From Naegleria gruberi (Eukaryota), in NCBI GenBank assembly GCA_000004985.1, contig GG738862.1: DNA of 64,000 nucleotides; one strand, given 5' to 3'. Below the pieces are notes generated by a model. That model ran no database searches. It saw only the letters and a list, made by a program, of their open reading frames with translations, and was not told the origin of the DNA. Of the stretch, positions 55,294 to 64,000 are shown in pieces (position 1 is the first letter of the stretch; each line of letters begins with the position of its first letter). The translations under genes and the position numbers were made by a program.

Positions 55294-56741
55294 TTATTTA
55301 GAAAATTCTATGAATTTGTTAATGGCATCAACTTCTTGTTGCATTGTTTCGTCTCTAATTTCATTAATTTCATTTGTGAAATAATTCAAGAGTTGACCAA
55401 ATTTGGAATTCCATTCTTCTGAGCTAGTTGAAGGTTTTGTATTTGTTGTATAATCATGGCTTTGTTGTACAGTATCCATTTCTTGTAAGTAACCTTTCAC
55501 ATTCTCAACATATCTCACCAAAGCAATTGCCTTTCGAATACCATTAGTTTCGAAATAATTTTCAAGATTTGAGTCAACATTGACATGTTTTTCCTCTCTA
55601 ACCTTCTTACCCTCAACAGTTTCATATGAAAGTGTCAATTTCACATTCGAAACTCCCTTAAAATTATTCTTTGCTTTCAACCTTAATAAAATTATTCCAC
55701 CCTTAACTCCTCTTTCGTCCAATTGACCAGCTGAACAAGTATCCACTTTCATAATTTCTCCAGTCGATTCTCCAGCAAAATTTGTCCCAAAACATTTTTC
55801 AATTTCATAATTTTCACATTCCATAGTCAACTTGACATTGTAACAAATTGGCGTTACAATATAATTGAAATCCTCATTCAAAATCTTCTTAAATTCTTCG
55901 GTAGATTTGACTGAGAAATAATTACAACCACGAACTCGAGTCAATTCGTCCACAATTTTCGAATTAAAGTCCAAACCAATTCCAACAAAAGTGGAAAAGA
56001 TAGAATATGGACCAGAATTCGCATCTTTTGTGAGAATATCGAGAGTGGCAGTACCACCAACATTTGGACAAGCATCTGTCAAGTAAATGATTCGATTAGA
56101 GTTGGATAAATCAGACGAATCTAAACTGGAAAATAGATCAATTCCTCTTTGCATGCCAGCTTCGAAATTTGTACTTCCTTTCTCTTTAATGTTTAGAACA
56201 GTTTCCTTGAGTGATTTCTTATCTAAATCCTGAACTATTGTTAGAGGAAGCAAAGTTTCGGCCTTATCATCGAATAAAACAATTCCCAATCTTTCGAATT
56301 CTCTCAAATTTTCAATTATTTCACAAATTACTTCATTAGCAACTTGCATTTTAGTTTTTTCCTTGCTGGACATGGCAGATCCCATCGATCCACTAATATC
56401 CAATACAATCTTTACAATAAAGTTTACAATAAATGTTAAATTAATAAACATACGACGAGATTCAAATCTTTTCTTTCATTGAGTCCATCTTTACAGCTGT
56501 GTAATCCTAAAGCCAAGTGAAGTTGCTTTTCCAAAGTGATCGGATCGTGATCAATAGCAATCGAATAGGCAGCTTCCAATAACTTATCCGAAACTTTCAA
56601 ACCAGTTTGATAAAAGTATTCTTTCATAATTCCTTCAAATGTAATAGAAGAAGGCAAAGGCAATCCTGCTCCATTACTATTAAACAAGACATCTCTAAAT
56701 GCTCCAATATTGAATGCTCCCGAAGAGTGTGATGCTCCCAT
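55294..56741 (-). CDS. von Willebrand factor A (vWA) domain protein with an N-terminal myristoylation-like MGASHSS. Two exons; the intron is 56410-56453.
   Basis: The 44-nt intron has a GTATGT donor. Splicing joins ...KDLNLV to IVLDISGSMGSAMSS, reconstituting the MIDAS motif DxSxS. Exon 1 is 96 codons and exon 2 is 372 codons, in frame. Confidence 0.7.
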
Positions 56742-57064
56742 TATGACAAAATTATTCGAATAAAACTTGCAAACTGCTTTTGATCTATTGATATTTTTTT
56801 GATTGAATGAAACTGCTGTTTCTGGTGGAGTTTAAAGAAATTTGAAATGTTACAAAGTTCAGAGATAAAAGGAGCGCTGATGTTAATCATGACGTGGAGA
56901 TTTGTTGTAAACAATTCAATATCTATGTAAAGCATTATACAATGAACCAAATTTTCATTTCCAATTTTATATTAGAATAAGCCAAGAATTTTGTTGTAAA
57001 TTTCCAATTTATTTTGTGAATATGTTACATTGAAACAGTAAACTGTGCGCTCAAAATATAGAGC

Positions 57065-58369
57065 TTAGTAATGTTTCTTGTGATGTTTCTTTGGTTTCTT
57101 GTGGTGTCTCTTTCCTCTCTTCTTTTCCTTCTTTTCATTCTTATCACATTCTTCCTTCTTCTTGCAAAATTCAGAATCTTTGTGATAAACCTTGAAAATG
57201 TCAACCATACCATCCATGTGATGGTTATCAATGTGACAATGGAATAACCAGTTACCAGTATTGTCAACTTCAACATCCAAAGCTCTGGCAATACCTGGAG
57301 CTACGAAAACTGTATCTACTCTTCTGATACCATCTTCCAATCCAACAATACCATGCCAGTGAACTGGATGCAAATCAAAGTTACCAATAGTTCCTGCATA
57401 CCATCTGACTCTTTCACCTTCACACATAGAGAATCCACCAATATTGTTAATACTCATGTATCCATTGATTGAATCCTTTTGATTACTGGCAGTTAATGAA
57501 CCAGCTTTGAATGCCTTGTATTGAGCTTCTGTCAATGTACCAGTTGCATTCAAATACTTTTGAATGTTTTGATCCAAGTAGAAACTGGTTTGTTCGTTGA
57601 AAATCTTTGGAAGAACAAAGAATTCTCTATCAACATCCTTTGGAGAACCATCCTTTCTAGCATAACCTTTTTTAGTAATAACAATGAAACCAATCAAACC
57701 AGCTTGAGTTTCTGCTGGTTCATCCAAAGCATGTGAGTGATACATCCAAGGAATTGAACTCAATGGACTGTCTTCAAGTGGACCTGCACGATCAGGAACA
57801 TTGAAAATATATTCGAAACTAGCACCAGCAGGTACAGCATCACCAGTTCCAGGACTAGCAAATGACATATCCTTATCATTATCTACGTAGGCAGCTCCTT
57901 CTGATAACTTATCATATTGAACACCATGAGGATGGATACCAGCTGGGAATTCCAACTTGTTTCTAAACAAAACTCTAATTTGTTCACCAACTTCTCCTCT
58001 AATAATTGGACCAACAATTCCCAAATGTGGAGCTTGTTCCTTCTTTGTGGTAAAAGTCTTGTCAGTATACTCGATATACTTTGCCTTCAAATATTTAAGA
58101 CCAATGGTTGTGGCAGATGGACGATGATTGACTCCAAATTCCATTCCCATGAACATATCCTTTCCATAAGGTCCATAATTCCACTCAACTCTTTCAGCTT
58201 GAATGTAATAACGTCTAATACGAGTTGGCTTGAAAGGTTTCTTTGAAGGAATATTGTTTTCTGCTGGAAGATTTGGTTTTGGCAATGAATGGTCTTCACC
58301 ATTATGTGCCAAAACAAGTGCAGCAAAGAAGAGAGAGATTACCAAGAGACAAGTAAGTGTCTTGTGCAT
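57065..58369 (-). CDS. Multicopper oxidase (ceruloplasmin/hephaestin-like cupredoxin domains), secreted, with a His/Lys-rich C-terminal tail
   Basis: Signal peptide (LLVISLFFAALVLA). Copper-site motifs HPHGVQY, HSHALDEP, HPVHWHG, LFHCHIDNHHMDGM (compare ceruloplasmin LLHCHVTDHIHAGM). Tail KRHHKKPKKHHKKHY. Confidence 0.75.
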   Translation of the reverse strand: MHKTLTCLLVISLFFAALVLAHNGEDHSLPKPNLPAENNIPSKKPFKPTRIRRYYIQAERVEWNYGPYGKDMFMGMEFGVNHRPSATTIGLKYLKAKYIEYTDKTFTTKKEQAPHLGIVGPIIRGEVGEQIRVLFRNKLEFPAGIHPHGVQYDKLSEGAAYVDNDKDMSFASPGTGDAVPAGASFEYIFNVPDRAGPLEDSPLSSIPWMYHSHALDEPAETQAGLIGFIVITKKGYARKDGSPKDVDREFFVLPKIFNEQTSFYLDQNIQKYLNATGTLTEAQYKAFKAGSLTASNQKDSINGYMSINNIGGFSMCEGERVRWYAGTIGNFDLHPVHWHGIVGLEDGIRRVDTVFVAPGIARALDVEVDNTGNWLFHCHIDNHHMDGMVDIFKVYHKDSEFCKKKEECDKNEKKEKKRGKRHHKKPKKHHKKHY

Positions 58370-59461
58370 TTCTTTCGTTTTTTTGATTGTTTTGATGATA
58401 AAGTTGTTCAGTCCATTAGGCTTATAAAGGAATGGTATATGAAATGCCTGGTTACTAATTAATAGTGAAAGTTGAACGCTAAAAACTTAAGTAAATCCTT
58501 TTATGTACTTTGAGATGAGGAGAGGTCATTTCCAATCTAATTGATGAAGTCTTTTCGGGTGTAGGACATTGTTGTAATTTTAAACATTGGTGTTCTGTAT
58601 TATTTTTCCTCCTTAATCTTAATGTTGATTTGATATGTTCATATATTACTATGAGGAATTAATAATTATTTGTGTGGTTGTGATGATGAGGGAATTCATA
58701 GTCATTGTGTTGTTTGATGTCTGGCGAATATTTTTTTAAAAAGATTTTTTTGTTAAATATTTTTTGGTGATTACAATAATTATTTAATAAATATTATTTA
58801 AAAAAATGTGCCATCATCAAATTGTCATTGATAGCTAGCGGATTCGATCCAGATTGATCGCGATCAATATATTTTGGCTTAACAACAATAAATAGTAATA
58901 ACACCATCAAGCAATTCATATTATTACCTTCATCAAAAAGTATAATAGTTGATAGTAGAAACAATGGCAGAACAAGAAGTACCAATATTGATACACAAAA
59001 TCTCATGAGCAGAATATTCGTTACTTTTGGTCATTCCAAATTCTCCTCCAATCATACAAAACAATTAAAAGTTGTGCGTCCGACACTATTACATCAACAC
59101 TGGTTATTTCCAAGCAAATTTATATTAATATAATAACATGATCATTAGCAAACCATATGATAATTATAATTATAATTTTCCATCGATATCAAGGAGTGTA
59201 GTTGTTGCTGGCTTGTTGTTGATATCAACAACCTTTGCAGATTGCGTGTCCAAATTCGAAGCCTATCTTCGGAAAGATCCCAAATAGCAGGTTGCCTTCT
59301 CTGGACTCAACGAGTAAGCACAAGCCAACAACAGGGATGGCTTGACTATTTTGCACCATTTAGAATAATTATTTGATGGACAAAACACAAACTTTTGAAG
59401 GTTTGATATGCTTGCTCGTTAATCGAAAGGTTTCAATTTTGTTAACAATAGAAAAAACAAG

Positions 59462-61679
59462 ATGAAGATTCCCCTGCCGACACAAAGTTATGAACAACAA
59501 GAACATTTAGTTAGTACTGACGAGGAAGAGGAAGATGATTTTTCATCATCTCTTTCGTATTGTTCCTCTTCGTATGTGATGGACCAAATTATGATGAAAA
59601 GGAAGAATTCGTTTAGTGGTGGTAGTTATGGAGCAGCACATCAACAATTGTATGGTAATGAAGAGGAGGAAAGGAATCATGTCATTTGGTGTGATGTGTG
59701 TAAACAGGAAGGATTTGAAGAAGCTGCCACTCATTACTGTTCAACATGTTTCAAGGAAAATCAGAAAGATAAGAGTAATCGAGTGATTGTTGTTCAACAA
59801 AATGATGAAAGGGAGAGTTTGGAAGAAGAGGAAGACGAATCGAATGTAACAATATGTCACTATTGTCAATATCATGCCAATAGACATAATAGGAGAGATC
59901 CACTGCATCAAATAGTGTCCATTAGACAGGAAAGGATATTTGCATCATCGAGCTTGTTACGTTCTGGTTCATTCATGTCGAGTGCTTCATCTTTTGATTC
60001 GAACATGTCCAATTCATCACCAATTCCTTTTTTCACAACTGGTAGTACATCAACTGGACCACTGTTCAATTATGGTTGTAATGGTAATAACAGCAGTAGT
60101 AATAACATGTTGGCGAGTAGTAATATTGTCAGATATTGTTTTAAACATGAAGAGGCCATTCCACTTAATACCTACTGCAGAACTTGTGAATTGGTAATTT
60201 GTTCTCAGTGTGCCTTGTCCAAAGCACATAAAGGACACTTGATTGAGTTAATCAAGGATGTAGAAAATAGTGAAAGAATGCAATTGGGTGAACATGTTAA
60301 GGTTCTTAAACAATCATTCGAAGAATGGGAAGAGGAGTTCAGTGTCCATGATGAAGACTTGGAGGAAGAACTGACACTAATTGATGAACGAGAAGAATCA
60401 CTCACATATCAGATTAATTTAGCATTTGATGAAATGAAGGAATGTCTAGAAAAGAGAAGAAATGTTCTCATAGAACAAGTGGAACAATCATCTCATGAAA
60501 ACAAACAATCTGTTCATAACATTCTCAAAATGAAGAAGGAATCCAAAGAGTTACTTGGAGAGTTTGACAATTTGGAAGAGATGAGTGGATTTGATGTAAT
60601 TGATAAAAAGTTGAATAGACTCAATCTTATCATTGTACTATACGAAAAGATGCAAAAAGAATTCAAGACGAGAAAACTCTCTGACCTTCATAGAATATCT
60701 CTGGACAAGTTTGCAAGTAGGAAGAATATTATTCAACATCACATTGATGAGCTAGGTCAAGTTGTCAAGAAGACAAATGATGATTCTGGTCCATCATCGA
60801 CTTCTGTACCTATCAATTTCAAACATATAGAAACTATTGGATCAGCTAGCAATTCAAATAATAAGCATGTGCAGTTTAGCTTTCCATCCGATGTTAAAAT
60901 TTCTCATCAACATGCATGTATTGTTGTAGCAGATTTTGGCAACAAGAAGATTCGTGTTTTGGATTTGATAACTAGGCAGTTCAAGTACGATATTGATACT
61001 GCGTCAGCTCCAAGAAACATTTCAATAGATCACACAGATGACGACTCTATTATTGTATCATGTGCAGATCACTGTGTTTACAAGTATTCATTACTTAATC
61101 AGGGAAAGTCAATAGTTTGGAGGAGCGGATCGCCAAATGAGAGTGGAAATTCTCAACATCTTTTCAAATATCCAAGAGCAAGTATTGTGGATATAGATGG
61201 CAATGTATACGTGTGTGATCATGGTAATCACCGAATCAAGGTATTAACATCTAGCAATGGCCAATTTGTGAAAATTATTGGAATAGATCAAAATTCAATT
61301 TAAACGGCCTTGGGGTGTTTGTATTGATAAGGATGGAAATTTAGTTATTAGTGAGAAGAAGAATAATAGAATACAAAGAATATCAAAGGAAGGAGATATT
61401 TCACTCTTTATGTTAGGAAAGAAAGGATCATCTCAATACGAATTTAACAAACCGAGAGGTATATTAATTGACAATCACACTGAGCATATGTTTATTTGCG
61501 ATGGAGCTAATCATAGAATACAGGTATTTTCCAAAGCAGGAAAATTAATCAAAACCTTTGGTTCTGAAGGTTCCAAATCAAGCCAATTATTTCAACCTCA
61601 TAGTTTATGTTTTGATTCAGTGAGTGGTCAATTATTTGTAGCGGATTGTGGAAATCACCGAGTACAGATATTCCAATAA
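59462..61679 (+). CDS. TRIM-like protein with B-box zinc fingers, coiled coil and C-terminal NHL repeats. The frame is disrupted near 61285-61300.
   Basis: B-boxes CDVCKQEG...HYCSTCF and CFKHEEAIPLNTYCRTCELVICSQCALSKAHKGH, then a long coiled coil. NHL blades FSFPSDVKISHQHACIVVADFGNKKIRVLD, YVCDHGNHRIKVL, RPWGVCIDKDGNLVISEKKNNRIQ, FNKPRGILID...ICDGANHRIQVF and VADCGNHRVQIF. The stop at 61301 is bypassed by a 1-nt frame change into ORF 61410-61679. Confidence 0.7.
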
Positions 61680-61732
61680 ACTTTTAATCGCTTTCACTGC
61701 TGCTTGAATTGTCTTGCTTAGAGCTTAGAAAC

Positions 61733-63996
61733 TTAATTGCCTTGTTTGGTGAATTCCATGTAACCCAATCTTTTTCCTTGTGAATTGAATGGAAAGGAGT
61801 TCTTTTTTGAACTATCGTGTTCGTAAAGTGTAGAATCTGAAAAGTTAGCAGTAAATTTCTTTGTTCCGACTGTAAGTTCCATATATCTTGGATACCTGTC
61901 TCTATGGTACTTTCGTTTTCCTCTCAGCAACTTGGCGCTTGTTTTGGCGTCGAAAATTATAAACTCCTTTCCCGAATTATAAACTGTGACCTTATATTTT
62001 GAAGCTTTCTTTTGCTTAAATGGAGCGTAGGCATGTTCAAGGAAATTATTCTTTGTAGGATTGAAAGAGCCAATATGTTGTTGTCCTGGATCTATTTGAA
62101 TGAATTCAATTTGTGGAGAGAGGTTACTATTCATCTTTTTTGGTCTCAGAATTTCCTGAATGTCATTAAGGGAGTACTCAAAGAATGTTGATAATTTGAG
62201 GTTATTGGTAATGTATTTTACACGTTGATCTATTTTTCTAAATCCCTCACTTGCAGTGTCATATGCAAAAGTAATGTCCACTTGTGAATAGTCATGCTTC
62301 TTTGATGGTTCTGTTAGTGATAAATCTCTTTCTGTACTCTCTATTGTTCTTCTTCCTTTAATCGACACAAGAGCGTCAAATTCGTGAAGTTTTTTAAACG
62401 AGTTGATAATCATTAAAATTCTTGCAAGACCATTAAATTGAGTGATGGTTGGCTTTAGATCACCTAATAAAATAGGATTTACCACCTTCTTAATATCGTA
62501 GCCACAAATACCTATCCTAAACCCTCTCATTGCATACTTTATCAATCTAGTTTCAAAAGTTGTTGATTGTCTATCCACATCCACAATATTACATCTAGTT
62601 CTTATTGCTTCTCTAGCTCTTGGTACGCAAAATACTTGATTTCCATCAAAACCAATGCTGCAACAGGCAATATCAAATCCCATCAACACTTCAGCCTTTT
62701 GTTTATCAAAAGATTTGTAAATTCTCAAAATTACTTAAACTTACTGGTGATTTGTAAATTCTCAATACTATTTGTACAGATTTTTTGTGATATCCTGAAC
62801 ATTTGAAGGTGATAGCATGTTGTGTTCTGATAATTAGTAATTCTCCATCCTTAGTATTTTTCTTGAAAGTGTTAAAAATACTAACAATCTTCTTTTCAGC
62901 ATCTGTTTCTGAAAGACCATACAAAAATAAATCAATATCACTCTTTCTCCAAGGCTTATTTTGGAAATACTGTCTAATGGTATATTCTTCTGATGAAGTA
63001 TTTTGACTCGGGCTAAATTTAGTATGCATATCATTTTCTTCATCTGTCACGTAATCATCATCTGATGAATCATTAGTATTTGGAGCTTCTCCATCACTTG
63101 CATCGTTATTACCCCAAAATTTGGAAAGACTTTTTTGTTGTTTCCATAGCTCAGTATTATATAACCTGCCACGTGAAAATTGTGTATCGCTACGAACTTT
63201 AACTTTCAAACAGGAAGCTAAAACTGATCCTCCAGCCACAAAAACATTAGACCAATCCATCTCCTTAAATATTCCATCTGTGAAAATGTCAAATTGTTTC
63301 AGAAATTGTTCTCTTGACTCTACAAGTTCAGGAGGTGTAGGAATTGTTAAGGATGACTTTTTGGCTAGCTCAAAAGCTTCACAAGGATCCTCAAAGTTGA
63401 AAAGTAACTTGCTTGGTTCCAAAACTGGATCTTTGCACCTGAAAGATTTCCTAATACTGTTGCTAGATCCAAAAATATTAATCAAGTTGATATATGGATC
63501 ATTGAGGATTACATTTTCTCTATCAGCAACAAATAAATTTCTCAAAAAGTCCTCATATCTTTTGTATTTCAAATTCTTTTCTCCGATTTCTTCTATTGGA
63601 TATCTACAAATATCAAAATATTCTAGAATACCGTTCAATCTGAAATATTTAGCCTCACTATAGACTTGTTTCTTTGTTTCTGTTAGAGTTGGGAAATTAT
63701 CAATCTTTCCATTCAAAAGATATTCATGAATAAATTTGAAAATTTCTGGATCTCTATCAATAAATATTTCGATTCAATTTGGTAGAATTCTTTACAATGG
63801 TATAGAGCAAACTGTCAGGTTCTCTCAAAAGCTTGGATTTGGTTAAACTAAACTTGACTCCTCTAACATTGAAAGTGATATCCGTCATGTTCTTGGACAT
63901 TTCCATTTCTTTCAAGTCTTCGAATTCCCTGGTTAGTTTTTCTTTTTGGTCCTTGATATATTTCTCAACTTTTTCCTTTTCTTCAAGAGTGATCAT
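61733..63996 (-). CDS. KCTD-type BTB/T1 domain protein fused to a large domain of unknown function. There is a 49-nt intron at 62696-62744 and an apparent 1-nt frame disruption at ~63735-63750 inside the BTB domain.
   Basis: ITFNVRGVKFSLTKSKLLREPDSLLYTIV...(frame change)...FIDRDPEIFKFIHEYLLNGKI is the T1 BTB signature (I.lNVGG..F.t...TL...YFIDRDp..F..IL.flR.G). A GTAAGT donor sits exactly where ORFs 62706-63716 and 61733-62728 change frame. GGS...SDIDLF motifs in the downstream domain may indicate a nucleotidyltransferase-like fold; I have low confidence in that. Confidence 0.55.
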
Positions 63997-64000
63997 GGCA

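Noticed and set aside
1-64000. A prokaryotic defence or operon-type system
   Set aside because: The window is eukaryotic. It has spliceosomal introns with GTAAGT donors, 5S rRNA with Pol III T-run terminators, and eukaryote-specific domains (actin, RCC1, BTB, TRIM-like, TET, PPR). Genes alternate strands with no operon structure.

Overview
This looks like a compact eukaryotic nuclear genome of about 33-35% GC. There are roughly 37 protein-coding genes in 64 kb, few introns, and the introns present are short (about 37-90 nt) with GTAAGT/GTATGT donors. I do not see a prokaryotic-style operon or defence island. Two calls point to a heterolobosean amoeba such as Naegleria, though I cannot verify this without a database: a plant-type PPR protein ending in a complete DYW deaminase domain, and a TET/JBP dioxygenase whose catalytic core resembles my memory of the published Naegleria Tet1 sequence. 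Three full-length dispersed 5S rRNA genes share a conserved ~35-bp upstream box, and a rearranged 5S fragment sits at 5263-5377. Protein-coding genes, in order: a 5'-truncated cyclase-homology protein; two DUF4116-repeat proteins; a tandem PPR array ending in DYW; a CN-hydrolase; the TET/JBP oxygenase; three TLDc-domain genes, two of them a segmental duplicate pair that includes the promoter; a 3075-aa intronless giant protein with a GEGK P-loop-like motif; FAM210/DUF1279; a KCTD9-like BTB plus pentapeptide-repeat protein; a Sel1-repeat protein; a plant-like 7TM-RGS receptor; a Rossmann-fold oxidoreductase; an RCC1-repeat gene with three introns; a divergent actin; a quinone oxidoreductase; a vWA protein; a ceruloplasmin-like multicopper oxidase; a TRIM-like B-box/coiled-coil/NHL protein; and a second KCTD-BTB fusion gene. 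At least seven otherwise conserved genes are broken by single-nucleotide frame disruptions (PPR array junctions, Tet, 7TM-RGS, the TLDc paralog, actin-like, NHL, KCTD), which suggests assembly indel errors or real pseudogenes. All calls come from reading the sequence; no database searches were possible.
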